Assembly: GCF_008831285.2 (NCBI RefSeq) | Contig: NC_045138.2 | Span: 9,176,001 to 9,240,000 of the forward strand | From: Nymphaea colorata | Lineage: Eukaryota | DNA: 64,000 nucleotides | Direction: 5' to 3' | Position numbers and translations under genes: made by a program | Notes under the pieces: model-generated | Told to the model about the DNA's origin: nothing | What the model saw: only the letters and a program-made list of their open reading frames with translations | Databases searched by the model: none | In this document: positions 51,401 to 63,168 of the stretch, piece after piece | Layout of the letters: every line of letters starts with the position of its first letter | Numbering within the stretch: position 1 is the first letter of the stretch

Positions 51401-54400
51401 CCCATAGTACTTTGCAACAGAAGAGTTCCCATGTCGAATGCCATAGACTGTCTTCATTACTTGGTAAGTACAAATTGCCGTTTTCTTTTGGCCATACATT
51501 TGCTTTAGGACCACCCACATGTCTCTAGCAGTCTTCTTCCGAAGGATAAGGGGCTAAATATCGGCGGAGACGGAGTTGACAATCCAAGTTTTCACTTGAT
51601 TATCCTCAAGAAACCAAGTATGTCACACACCACTTGTTCTTGCTGGTTCGCGGTTGCTCCCGTCGATATAGGCCATCCGACCACGACCAACAATCCCCAT
51701 AGTCATAGCAGGCGACCACGAGAAATAGTTCTCCTTTGTAAGGCGAAGAGTGATAACTTGCATGGGAACATTCTCAGTTCTAAAAGCCCCGATTTCAGTT
51801 TGATTTGTGTTGACGGTTGACGAGGAAGAAGCTGCCATAATCACAGACCAGTCTAGCAACGGGCACGGGTGGCGGTAAAACACGAGAGGCACCGGCGGAA
51901 TACCAAAGGGCGATGTCCGGTCGACAGCAAGGGCAGCGACAGGAAGCAAGTCTCGGCAACAAAGGAGACAGGAAGCAGCAGCACAACACATCACAAAAAA
52001 TAGCAGATAGGCAAGGAGCAGGCAACGGACAAACCAGAGGAGAACGTGGAAACCTCACCGGCGGTAGAGACAGCAAGAGGGCGGTGCCGGAACACCGAGA
52101 GAGCGGTGCTGGGCGGGTTGACAGAACCAGGCGGAGACAGACCGTCGGAACCAGGCGGAGGCAGAGGCAGAGGAAGAGGAAGAGCGGCGCTGGGTGGGTT
52201 GCAGATCCAGGCGGAAGCAGAGGGCGGCGCTAGATCGCCGGAAAACGGGTGGCGCTGGGCGATGCGTCGGTTGACAGAAAACGGAAGAGAGGGTCGTCAC
52301 TGGGCTAAGGCGGCCGGAACTTGAGCGGCGTTGAGCAGGTCGTCGCTGGGCTGAGGCGTCGGGAGCGACAGACGAAGTTCGGGCACGAGCGTCGGGCACA
52401 AGCACCGGGCGCAGGTGTCAGGCGCGTGCGATGAACAGCGCCAGGCGAGACGATGAACAGTGCTGGGCGAGTCGATGAACAGTGCCAGGCGATGAACAGT
52501 GTCGGGCGAATCCTCCTCCAACACGAACAAAAGACAAATGACCAACCAGTAACACCGGAACTTCACGGCTCTGATACCATGTAGAAACACGAACAAGGAG
52601 AGGAAGGAAACAACGATCACGATGTAACGTGGAAAAAACCCTCAACTAGAGGGAAAAAAACCACGGATGAGGAAGAGCCGGTGCCCACTAGCCGCCAGAC
52701 TCTCTCTCTCTAAGATTTCATTAACATTAAAGATTAGGGTTACAATGCTATAAGTATGCCCTAATAAGGACATACTGGATCGGGTCCAGATCTAGACCTG
52801 TATACGAATAACCTTCAACAAGAACAACAATGTCACAATGAGAAGGAGGATCAACAAGTTCCTAGGTGCCTCGTTGAACTAAAGCATCAATCTCATCTTG
52901 CGTAGCTTGTCTCCATTGGGTATCTAATAAAGCCTGCTGGTGACTTGTAGGAACTGTATGAGCAGCCAGAGCTTGAATGAACTGTTGTATACTTTTGCCA
53001 ACACCGTCAGTAGACACAAAATGAGATATAAGATGCAAAGTACATTGTCGCCTGCCTTTGCGAAGAGCGATGGGTAAGTCTTCACAGGGATCAGATGGAC
53101 TAGGGATACTTACTTCAGATGAACTTACCTCCTGAGAAGCGGTTGGCGAAGGATCATGAGAAGGGTCCTGTCGTCGTGTGTAGACCAGCGGAGGATCACG
53201 AAACTTGGACACTACAGCCGGAGAGTCTGTAGAAGGAGATTCAAACGAGAATGACTCCAAAGGAATAGGAGGAATAGGTAGTGGGTCTGGTGATTGTGGC
53301 ATCTCAGTAAGAATGGGAGATGAGCTATAATAAGGCTGAGACTCGAAGAGTATGACATCCGCATTGATATACTCCTTTTGAGTCAATGGATCAAAGCATT
53401 TGTAGCCTTTATGGTTTCTGGAGAAGCCTATAAAGATACACTTAATGGCTTCGACACCCAATTTATCACGTGTGGGTCCAAGTATATGAACAAAGCATGT
53501 GCAACCAAATACTTTGGGAGCCATTGGAAATAAGGGTCGTTGGGGATGCACAAGTTTAATGGTTACCTTGTTGTCAATGGAGGATGAGGGTAAACGGTTG
53601 GTTAAATAACAGGCAGTGAGTATGACATCTCCCAAAAGTATGCAAGTAAATTAGTATGAAGCATTAGAGAACGAACCACATTTAAGAGTTGGTGATGTTT
53701 ATGCTCAGCTACTCCATTTTGTTGGGAGGTATGAGGACAAGTAAACTGAGGACAAATGCCATTATCAGAGTCTCCACCAATCGTCTTCCAAGTTTGCAAG
53801 TCCTAAAATGAACATAAACGTCAAACGTAACATGATAATGTAAGTCATTAATCAATTGTCCAACCGATAACAAATTTGTTGGAAACTTAGGAGTATATAA
53901 CACATTAGGAATAGTGATGGACTGAGAAATCTTGATATCACCATAACCCATAATAGGTGACCATCTATCATATGCAAGTTTCACATGATGTGACTGAGGT
54001 AATGAGTGTAGCACAGTAAACATGGAAGGTCTACTACAAAAGTGTCTCGATGCTCCTGAATCAATAATCCAAATTGTACCTGTATCATGTGGGACAGTAT
54101 CAACAGACATAGCACTGTCTATCATGACTGTAGAGGCCGAAGACTGAATAGATCTGTGTGCTAGGAAGTCCTCATACTCTGACTTGTTGATACTCATAGT
54201 CACTGTCTCAGGGTGAGAAGGAGATAAAGACCCATCTACAACTGATGAAGGCTGAAGCTACCTGAACAGACCCAATAGGAGACTGTAAAGAATTCTTGCC
54301 CTGCTTAGATGCAACATTTCTTCCTAGGGATGCAGGCGAAGGACGACCATGTTTATCCCAACATCTGTCTTCTAAATGTCCTATTTTTCCACAATAGGTG

Positions 54401-57400
54401 CACAAAAATCTCCCCCGACCTGCTCTTGACCCTCGACCTATGCCTCTCCCCCTGAATGAACTGCGTCCACGACCTCCTGAGGCTACCAAGGCAGAGACAT
54501 GGATATCACTAGATGACTGAGAAAGGGTCACAGCAAGACGACTGAGTCTGTTGTAGGCTTCAGCTTAGTCAGGGATTTCTACTCCAGTCAGCATCTGAGC
54601 ATTTGCTACTGCATATTCAGGGGAGAGGCCTTGTAGAAACTTCACAACCATAGACTGTTCACCATGAGTCTTATGACATGTTGGACATGGGGGACGTAAT
54701 GCTTTAAGTCGTTCATGGATGGACTTGAGGGAAGCGAAGTACTGAGCAAGACTTTGGTCACCTTGTTGCAAATTAAGTAATTCTTCCTCCACCTGCAATA
54801 TCTTGCTAACATTCTTGTCATTTGAGTAAGTTTGTTTCAAGAAATCCCACATTTGTTTGGCCGAGGTATAGTATGCAATAGTTGATGCAATCTATGGTAG
54901 CACACTATTCATGATCCACGACATGACAATATTATTATCTTCATTCCATAAACCATATTTTCCACTCTTTTCAACAGACTCATTTTCTTCTATAACATGC
55001 TCCTTCTGATGTCCAATCACAGACATCATAAACACACGAGACCAAATCTCATAGTTAGATCTATTTAACTTTACAGTAGAACCATAAGAGAATGGATTTC
55101 CTCCACTCTTAACCTCATGGCAAAAGTCAATTTTTGGATTTTCTGCCATCATAAATCTGTCCACAAGAGATCAACCACCACCAGCAAGATAATATATATA
55201 TATATCTATTGAAAAAGAGACTGATCAACAAGAACAAATGTTCCACACGGCAACGTTAGATGCCCAGCAACAACCAAACTGCTGTCCAACAGTTGACAGC
55301 AACCCCACGACAAAGAAAACAGCAATCGGAAGACAAAAAATGCTGCTAACAGCAAGCCCACAACTGAAAACGAATCCCCACTGCTTGTATTATTTGCTCC
55401 GACCAACAACTTGTCTATTTATGCATCTAACGCTCCTGTACCACAGATTATCTTTCACAAATCATGAATAACGACAACAGATAAAATAGTCAACATAAAC
55501 TGCCACAGAAATCCTAGAGAGCAGTCCTCCGCTTGGCTGCTTTGATCATAGAACATATCAAACCATAAGCGAGTAATCAGTGCAGACTCCCACACAGCTG
55601 CGATAATATATATACTTCTGAAAATCCACGGCTGGAGTCTATTCACGCATATCTCCTAGCGTGAATAGACTCCTCCACACTGTTCCGTTGCTGGAAATCT
55701 GTCAACTATAACAGGCGAGAGGTGAAGGAGAAAGAGACAGAGGAAGGGGAAGGAGATGGAGGAGGTAGAAGAGATAAAGCCTGAAAGGAAAAGGAGGGTC
55801 GCCGGCTGTTTGCTTCACGTCGCCAGATGCATGGACGTCCCCTGCCTGTCATCGGCTGTTTGCTTCACGTCGGCAGTCACGTCCGTGGCTCTGATACCAT
55901 GTTGCAGCCTTAAGACGTGGAGAGAGAGAGAAAGCGTTGAAGACGTGAGAGTTGGGGAGAGAAAACCTAATTTATTCACTAACCCTAATCTCTATTATAA
56001 AGAGATTAGTAGAAAGGACATTTACAGAGTACATCAATCTAAAATAAAGAAAATATTAAAGAGATCTTATAATTCTTTAATATTACAAAGAACCACGTAG
56101 AAACATAAACTCCTCTAATTTCAACACTTTCAAAAACAACTTTTCTGAATCTTGGAGAACAATATGCACTTTAGGTTAACAGATACTGTGCAGATGGATT
56201 TTGTCATATAAAAAATTAAAAATCCTTTTCTCCTGATTGAGACTGGTTTATTTTGTCCAAGAAAGTTGATTGAGTCATGAATCAAGTGATGATTCAGAGC
56301 ATAATTGGGTAGACCCATTTTCTAATCTGACATTATGAGTAGATTAATCTAGTTTGTGTTTTATATCAATGTACTTTCTAATCCAATAAGGGTGTAAATT
56401 TGTATCTTTGGATGTAAGTACTTGATTGTTCCACTTTGTTGGCCATGTGAAGTTGACACGAAGAGGGGTATGAAAGAAACTTTTATGTTTGCCTATTAAT
56501 TCCTATATGGATGACATGACAAATTCTATAACTCTTAGTTATATGAATATCCATTTATTATGGAGGAAATTTCTCATGGATTGATTGTTTTACAAAGGAT
56601 ACTTACAAGCGCATGCACAAGCATGGCAGTCAGGCTATTTAGAGATGCAAGTAAGTTTGCCCTAGTGCATAGACTATCATGAGAAAGCCTGTATTTGCTT
56701 TACTCTTGAATCTTGGATAATTTGGACGAGCTTTTAACTATTAAAGCCATTTCCGAAGGTTTAGTATCAGGAATATTTGGAAAGAACATGGTGGAAGGTG
56801 TTAATTGAACATGCATTGCCTATGCAACTTAGATGTATATAGCCATGTGTAATGGATATGGTTTGCACTTTGCAATTCGACTTTTGCGTACAGAGATACA
56901 CAAATCAAAATTTTGTATCCATTTTGTGCTATAAATTAATGCATTGCATTGTCATATTTTATTTTTTACTAAGCACAAGTTTCAAAGACAAGCGAGCATG
57001 AGAAGTTTGGATGCACTGTTTTATTGCAAATCAGATAAAATTGTATCAGCAATTTTATCTAAACAACTTAGATGATTCATTTTGTTTTGAGATATATACA
57101 CTGTTTATTAATGCGTCAACAAATATTTTTGTACAGAGATCTGAATTTGGGTTCATCAGTTACTTGAGTGGTATCTGCTGTAACATCTGTTGCATCTGAG
57201 TACTCTTTTTTCCGTAGTGATTGTTTACATATTCTGTCGAAATTTTTATTTGATTACTTCTACGACCTTCATCCTGAAGTGCTCACTGGTGGTCCTAAAC
57301 CACAAAATTTGGTTTGCTGTAGGTGAGAGCTCGGATTTTGTTCATTGACCCCATCACTAGAGCTGTTGGACTTACCATGAATCCACACCTTTTACAAGGC

Positions 57401-57955
57401 CATCTTCCCCCTTCAGTAAGCTTCTTTGCTAGAATCTAGTTTACATATTGTTTGGTTCATGGACTTGTTAAGAATTCTCCGGCATATGGTTGCTGGATGT
57501 AAATCATTTTCCTATGCTTTTTTGGCATTTATAATGATGTTTCATGATCTATTGGTTAAAATTACAAGTCCTTTGATTGTTATCCCTGATCTAGAGTGCA
57601 TTCTCTATTTAATCAGCATGTTAGAGCTGGAGATGTTTATGAAGATGCACGCATTATAAGGATTGATGGGAGATCCGGGCTTTTGCTTGAGGTTTCTTCT
57701 AGTCCTATTCATACACCTGCGTATGTCAAGGTATGCATTTATTTGAGTATGAGTGTCTGCATGTCTGTGTGCGTCCTGTCTGCGTCCTGTCTGTGTACAC
57801 TAGTTTACACTGACCAGTGGTTAATTGGTCAGACTACTAACTTAGTCAGAGTTGTTCATCAGTCAACTAATCCCTTATGTATGACTATGTATGCACATTC
57901 TTTGAATAAATGTATGTGTTTCTGTACTTATTTTTATATATGATTATGCACACAC

Positions 57956-58021
<66 letters not shown>

Positions 58022-59340
58022 GTGTGCATAATCATTCGACTTGGACTGACTCAGATTGTCTGTTCCCTGTCTTTTTAGGGCCTTGAATGACTTGTGTCCT
58101 ACTTTGATTCTGATAACTTAGTTTTCAGGATCATTATCATATCAATTTTACTGTTTCTATGAAAAGGGGTTAGATTATTAATGTTTTAGGGATCATAATG
58201 TCCATATAATTATTGTATACTTAGTGGAAATACATTTTACACTCTGGTATTTCAATGCTTGTACTTGCACTTTAGAATGTGAAAGCATCTAAACTTTTAC
58301 AATATAGAACATTCTGAACTGTTAATTTCTGGTCTGTCGAGAAAAACACATGTAAACTTGAAAATTAGTTATTTAGGAACATATCCTTTTTATTCAATGA
58401 TAGAAGTACGTTATGCTGCATTTGGTTTCTAAGACTCTCAGTGGTCAGAGATGGAGAGTTATGCATCGATGGTCCTACTTTGCATCATCATTCATCAAAT
58501 TATTACGTTCTCCCTCTTCTTTCGTTTAATCGATTGCACATGAACAAAAGCTGCCTTTGCACTTTGTAGACATCCGATGCAACTGATGAGGAAGGTTTTA
58601 AGTTGGAGACGAAATTCAAGGAAGGGAATGTGGTTCGTGTTCGTGTTCTTGATTTCAGACAGATGGAAGGGTTAGCCATATGTGCTGTTAAGGTTGATTC
58701 CTTTATTGTTTATCCTTACCTTCTTTGTTGGAGCTGATTTCACCTTGGTTTGTCATACCTCTCTAACATGTATAATGGACGATTTATCGAAGGTGCTGCA
58801 AATTGCCTTGATATGAAGTTTGCATCATACTTTGGTTGTACCATAATTTTCTGTGCTTGACTTCACTGTTATTTTGTTTTTCATGTGCTAGAAACCATGT
58901 TCTCGTGTTGCTGCCACATTAACTTGCTGATTTGACTGTCTGGCAGGCATCTGCATTTGAAGAGTCTTATTTCACCCATGCTGATGTCAAACCTGGTATG
59001 GTGGTCAGGGGAAAGGTCATTAAGATTGAAGTGGATGCTGCGGTAATTCAGTTTTTAGGAGGTTTAAAGGCACTTTGTCCTCTCCAACATATGTCAGAAC
59101 ATAGTCTTGCAAAGCCCCCCAAGAAATTTAAGGTGGTCTATTCAATTTGACTATGAGTTGTTCAATATTTGTTTTTGGTATTGACCTGTCAAACATTATT
59201 TTCTGACCCTTATGATGGTCTGTCTCTTTGCTAATGTATCTGAGTGAATTGTCCCTTATGTTTAGGTTGGGGTGGATCTAGTATTCCGGGTCCTCGGAGG
59301 CAAATCAAAGCGCATTACGGTTACACATAAAAGAACTCTT
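30596..59340 (+). CDS. RRP5: rRNA biogenesis protein RRP5 (S1-repeat protein), 5' part: 13 exons, 1689 nt / 563 codons, continues beyond the window
   Basis: Exons 30596-30719, 30815-31023, 31112-31291, 31404-31574, 40822-40921, 43098-43216, 43873-43995, 44140-44211, 57323-57415, 57617-57730, 58570-58692, 58947-59132, 59266-59340. All introns are GT-AG and the frame stays open. Motifs [78 protein letters not shown] match plant RRP5. Confidence 0.95.
30815..31023 (+). CDS. RRP5: RRP5 exon 2
   Basis: ttccag acceptor; GGGGVLSR...[30 protein letters not shown] donor. Confidence 0.92.
31112..31291 (+). CDS. RRP5: RRP5 exon 3
   Basis: [30 protein letters not shown]...RQRKN; donor GTAAC at 31292, with an alternative in-frame GT at 31301. 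Confidence 0.85.
31404..31574 (+). CDS. RRP5: RRP5 exon 4
   Basis: tttgcag acceptor; [22 protein letters not shown]...[26 protein letters not shown] donor. Confidence 0.92.
33318..35822 (-). mobile_element. hAT transposon Y nested inside the transposase of X; decayed, 3'-deleted transposase
   Basis: 8-bp TSD ctactctc (33310-33317 / 35823-35830); TIRs caatgctatc / gataacattg. MSDLAWK...[23 protein letters not shown] (from 35316), [32 protein letters not shown]. Palindromic subterminal repeats cgtatcgtacgatacg at 35640-35811. Confidence 0.93.
37140..37550 (+). mobile_element. Decayed Copia RNase H fragment inside hAT X, split by MITE 37313-37460
   Basis: VYCDS......[11 protein letters not shown] before the MITE and [22 protein letters not shown] after it resemble Copia YCDSQ.AI...K...FHS.TKHID...RD.V......L.YV.T..MVAD. 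Confidence 0.55.
37313..37460. mobile_element. 148-bp hAT-type MITE
   Basis: TIRs caggggcaga / tccgcccctg; perfect 8-bp TSD tgatattg (37305-37312 / 37461-37468). Confidence 0.9.
38140..38565. repeat. Purine-rich minisatellite in the 5' subterminal region of hAT X
   Basis: Core ggacggagaggatgc at ~38280, 38336, 38381, 38455 and 38500, with a higher-order ~119-bp period. Confidence 0.85.
39045..40035 (-). mobile_element. Copia 3' fragment (RT end, RNase H, PPT, 3' LTR 39045-39315)
   Basis: Minus-strand [28 protein letters not shown]...LFCDNQSAI...[15 protein letters not shown] gcccccctc 39316-39324; LTR TGTAA...TAACA. Confidence 0.85.
40115..40473. mobile_element. hAT-type MITE with X-family termini
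   Basis: Starts ctatgtcactggta, ends taccatttggacttag; perfect 8-bp TSD attgcagc (40107-40114 / 40474-40481). Confidence 0.85.
40822..40921 (+). CDS. RRP5: RRP5 exon 5
   Basis: cttacag acceptor; [38 protein letters not shown] donor. Confidence 0.92.
40927..41020. repeat. Perfect 47-bp tandem duplication
   Basis: tgtctttgaaaattgttttttctcttactcgtatatgctttactttt at 40927 and 40974. Confidence 0.9.
42394..42441. repeat. (GA)n microsatellite
   Basis: About 24 uninterrupted GA units. Confidence 0.97.
42572..42863. mobile_element. hAT-type MITE, older
   Basis: Imperfect long inverted ends (tgttgtaaaaattgg...gggtggc...gctgattca / tgaatcagc...gccaccc...caattctgacaac); 8-bp TSD aaagcaac / aaaggaac. 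Confidence 0.7.
43098..43216 (+). CDS. RRP5: RRP5 exon 6
   Basis: [45 protein letters not shown] donor. Confidence 0.88.
43873..43995 (+). CDS. RRP5: RRP5 exon 7
   Basis: [47 protein letters not shown] donor. Confidence 0.93.
44140..44211 (+). CDS. RRP5: RRP5 exon 8
   Basis: [30 protein letters not shown] donor. Confidence 0.9.
44401..45380. mobile_element. Diverged hAT non-autonomous element with X-family termini
   Basis: Left end ttatgtcacataggtacgggtatgggt matches 63169; decayed right end ctcttaaatagcagtgcccgtgttagacag. No TSD retained. Confidence 0.65.
45656..56126 (-). mobile_element. Ty1/Copia element (outer) in RRP5 intron 8, LTRs 45656-45884 and 55900-56126; frameshifted, integrase partly deleted
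   Basis: TSD ctttc (45651-45655 / 56127-56131); PBS gctctgatacca 55888-55899; PPT ctccccctc 45885-45893. gag with [14 protein letters not shown], protease [30 protein letters not shown], RNase H YSDADYAG...SSAESEYR. Confidence 0.96.
47274..52820 (-). mobile_element. Full-length Ty1/Copia element (inner) nested in the RT of the outer one, LTRs 47274-47514 and 52580-52820; ORF broken by frameshifts
   Basis: TSD agaac (47269-47273 / 52821-52825); PBS 52568-52579; PPT 47515-47523. Domains [68 protein letters not shown]. Confidence 0.97.
57323..57415 (+). CDS. RRP5: RRP5 exon 9
   Basis: [36 protein letters not shown] donor. Confidence 0.93.
57617..57730 (+). CDS. RRP5: RRP5 exon 10
   Basis: [43 protein letters not shown] donor. 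Confidence 0.93.
57940..58035. repeat. Near-perfect palindrome centred on a (TA)~28 microsatellite
   Basis: atgattatgcacacacacaaa-(ta)n-tttgtgtgtgcataatcat; the arms are reverse complements except for one CA unit. Confidence 0.92.
58570..58692 (+). CDS. RRP5: RRP5 exon 11
   Basis: [45 protein letters not shown] boundaries in frame. Confidence 0.92.
58947..59132 (+). CDS. RRP5: RRP5 exon 12
   Basis: [25 protein letters not shown]...[22 protein letters not shown]. Confidence 0.94.
59266..59340 (+). CDS. RRP5: RRP5 exon 13
   Basis: [31 protein letters not shown] donor. Confidence 0.93.
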
Positions 59341-60413
59341 GTATGTGACCACTACATCTGCTGCTTAATTTTTTTTCCTCTGATGTTTTATTACTATGGA
59401 TATGGAAAACTGTTATCTGTAGATAAAATTCTTCTCTATTTAAATATAATGGAGGTTTTTGTGCATGGGTATTTGGATTTTGTTCCAATACAAGGTTCTT
59501 CTCTACTTGAAATGTTGGATAACATTGTTTGTACATAGTTTATGTCATGAATTACTAACATTGTTGTGCTAATTGAGAAAAAATATATTTTATCTCAGAA
59601 AGAGCAGGTCTTTATAATAAATGAAGGATTATTGTACTAAATTACAATTATTCCATAAGCACAGAAAATACACAATTTCGTTTGTTTCTTTCAGAAATAT
59701 TTTCATTTTGTTATTCTTCCTTTGGGTTAAGTCATTACTGAATCATTTTTTCCTAGTATTCTTTTTGTGGTTTTTTCTTTTTAATAATTTTAGGAGCTTA
59801 ATCAGTTAAGGAAAACAAGATTGGGTTATTTCTTTCTGGTTTATATGTTAAAATTGCAGAGTCCTCTGTTGGTATTCTTGTCATGCCCAGTAAATGGCCT
59901 TCCTGAAAATTATATCTTCAGTTTTCTGTTTTCCTTTCATTGACATCATTAAGGCTACCAATTTTCTTTTGCATAAAAAAAGTATTGGGTAGTTTATTTA
60001 TGTATATCCTATGTTGTCAAGGCCCTCACGCAGCGCCTGGCGCCTAGGCAAAAAGGGCGACTAAAATATATTTTTTAGTTACGTTAATATGGCAAGTTAT
60101 TTTGATTAACTATTTCTAATATTTGAAATGCGGAGAGTAGTCATATAACAAGCATAATCAACTTAAACAATAAAAAATTAATTGTTGACTTCATTGAATA
60201 TGCAAAATCAATAGAAGAAGTTTAACATTACTCATTAAATGTAATCTACTACAAAAAAAAAAAATTCTAATCTCTAGAAGAGGCAATGTAAATCCTCAAG
60301 AAAGCTTTAGTCCATCTGTACTTAAAAGGATGACATAATGTAATAAAAAAGACTAACAATACATAATAGTATACATAATAAGTATATATATAAGTATACA
60401 ATAGTAACAATAC

Positions 60414-62741
60414 TGTTGAATTAGAAGACTTTAAGTTTCTAGGTGGTCCTTTGCAATATTTAATAGTTAGGAGTTCTCTTTAAACATTTCTCTATTTTTG
60501 GTTGATGTTATTTGTAAGTCTCTATCTCTGCCCTAATCTATTTTTTATTGAGATTAAGGTTAGCAAATAAGATGTTTTTCTCTCTCTAAGACTGCCGGCT
60601 GTAATGTGGTATTAGAGCCGGCGATCTCCACCCTTCTTTGCTAGCGGGTGACGTGACTTTCTGGCTACCTCTTCTCCTCTTCTCTCTCCCATCTCTTCCC
60701 ACCTTTTTTATTCCTCTACCCTTCCTTTCTCTCTTCTCTCTATTGATCGGGAGATGGGGAGTAGCGTGGAAGGGGAACCTAATCACACGTGAGAGGTATG
60801 TGTGATTAGGTTCCCAACGTGGATGTAGTGGAGCGTGAGGAACTGTGTGAGTTGCATATGAAAGTTCTAAGTCAGAACTGGGCTCGTGGAAGAGTAGCTG
60901 CACGTGGACCATATTCTTATCAGATTTTTTTTTGGCTGACTGTGGAAAAGTGGCTGCAAGTTGGGTATATTCTTATCATATTGAACGTCTTATATGCATA
61001 CGTAGATTCTAGTAAGCCTACTACGTGGAAATTTCGTGGACTGATTGGAACAACAAGTTTAAATATATATATTTTTGGGTACATTTATTGATGCTAAAAA
61101 AAAAGTTTGCTGCTTAGATCCTCTAAAGTTGATTGCTGTGATTGGTGGACTGATTTACTGAACAACAAGTTAATAGATATTATTTTAAGGACTGTTATTG
61201 ATGCTGGAAAAAAATTCTGCTGCCTAAGTTCTCTCAAGTTGATTGCTGTGCGCTATACTATTGATTTTATCAAAGTGCAACAAGATCAAGGTCATATTGT
61301 CTATTCTCGCACTATGGCTGATGAAGGCAAGACAACGATGTAGTATGAGCATAAGAACACAAACAATCCCTTTTCTTATGGCTCTACTGGAAAGGTAGAT
61401 GAATCTAATTATGAGATTTAGTCCCGTGTGTTTATGATGTCTGGGATTGGGCATAAGAAAGAACATGTTATAGAAGAAAATGAGCCTGTGGTAAATAGTG
61501 GAAAATATAGTTCATCGAAGGAAAATAATATTGTAATGTCATGAATCATGAATAGTGTGCAACCACAAATTATCTCTACTTTTGCAAATTATACCTCTGT
61601 GAAACACATATGAGATTTTTTGAAAGGGAGCATCTACATCCTGTCTAATTTTGTGGGTATTGCAGTCTCCTCGATTTCTTCATTGTCCTCCTTCCAGTGG
61701 CATCTCAGACTAGGTTATTCATCTGTCTCCAAGCTCCATCACCTACTTCTTCATCTATCAGTACAAGAATCGTTCCAGTGTGAAATCTGTCAACTTGGCA
61801 AGGACGCCCGTATTAGTTCTGGACTATTTGATCTTCTTCTTGTTGATGTGTGGGGTCGTAGCAGAGTTGCTAGTAGGTATAGATTTTGTTATTTCCTTGT
61901 TATTGTTGATGATTATTCTCGAGTCACTTGGCTTTTCCTTTTGAAATAAAGGTCTGAAGTCGTATGTATTCTCAAGAACCTTATTATTGAAATAAAGATC
62001 TAGTTTGGTATTTTTGGCAAAAGCATTCGCATTGATAACACTCTTGAGTTCAAGGCGTCTATCTTATTGAAATTTTAGCCTGATAATGGCATTCCGCCTC
62101 AGTTTACTTGTTTCCATTCCTCCCAGCAAAATGGAGTAGTTGAGCGAAAACATCGACAACTTTTAATGTGACGTGTTTCCTAATGCTTCATATTCATTTA
62201 TCTTCATATTTTTTGGGGAGATGTCATCCTCACTGGCTGTTACTTGACCAACCGTTTACCCTCATCCTCCATTGACAACCATGTTCCCATTAAACCTGTG
62301 CACCCACAACGACTGTTGTTTTCAATAGCTCCCAAAATATTTGGTTGCATATGCTTTGTTCACATCCTTGGACTTACACGTGATAAATTGGCTGCTCAAA
62401 TAATTAAGTGTATCTTTATTGGCTACTCCAGAAACATAAAGGTTATAAATGCTTTGACCACTTGACTCAAAAGCAGTATATCAATGCAGATGTCACATTT
62501 TTTAAGTTTCAGTTTTATTATAGTCCCTCCTACATCTACCTAGATGCCATAATCATATGACCCACTATCTATCTGATACCGAGCAGGACCAAACCCGTCA
62601 TGTTCCTGCCTCAGGTTCCACCTCCATGCTTCAGTACAGATCATGAGTCTTCAACTGTGGAATCCCCTGCAGATCTGGAGCATAGTCGAGATGAGGTGCC
62701 TCTACGTAGATACTCGAAGCACACGAAGTGACCACTTCATT
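60414..62741 (+). mobile_element. Decayed, internally deleted Copia related to the outer element of intron 8 (5' LTR 60414-60606, PBS, gag start, integrase)
   Basis: LTR resembles the reverse complement of 45656-45884; PBS tggtattagagc 60607-60618. [25 protein letters not shown] (cf. 54892-55164), [35 protein letters not shown]...APKIFGC (cf. 52862-53635). No 3' LTR. Confidence 0.88.
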
Positions 62742-62900
62742 TTAACCCCGTATCGTACGATACGCGTGTGTATCGCCCGTATCGTACGATACGTTTCCCG
62801 TATCGCACGATATGGGTGATACGCGTGCGATACGCATGCGTATCGTGTACAAAACATGTATCGTATCGTTTTCGCGTATCGTACGATACAGATAACATTG
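62742..62900. mobile_element. Orphan terminus of hAT family Y
   Basis: cgtatcgtacgatacg repeats ending cgatacagataacattg, identical to the end at 35822. Confidence 0.85.
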
Positions 62901-63168
62901 GAGGGGTCTGTATAGCTTAAAAAATGCGTTGGTCAAGAGTTTATAGGGTTCAAGCATATGTATTTATGATTTATCAAAATGATTGTAAGGAAATTACCTG
63001 CTGCCAGCAGCCCTGGACAGATGCTATTTTTGCCTGTCTATTTCTGTCTTCTGAAAATTATGTTGCTAAAGTGAATCATGCCAAAGTAGAGTGGTGATGT
63101 CATACACAAATTGGTGCCAACTTTATAGAGCTGAAATTGGAAATGTATAAACTATAATCCCTTTAGAA

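Noticed and set aside
60005..60413. Possible hAT-MITE left end (ctatgttgtcaaggc...gcgcctggcgcctagg)
   Set aside because: No matching right end or TSD found.
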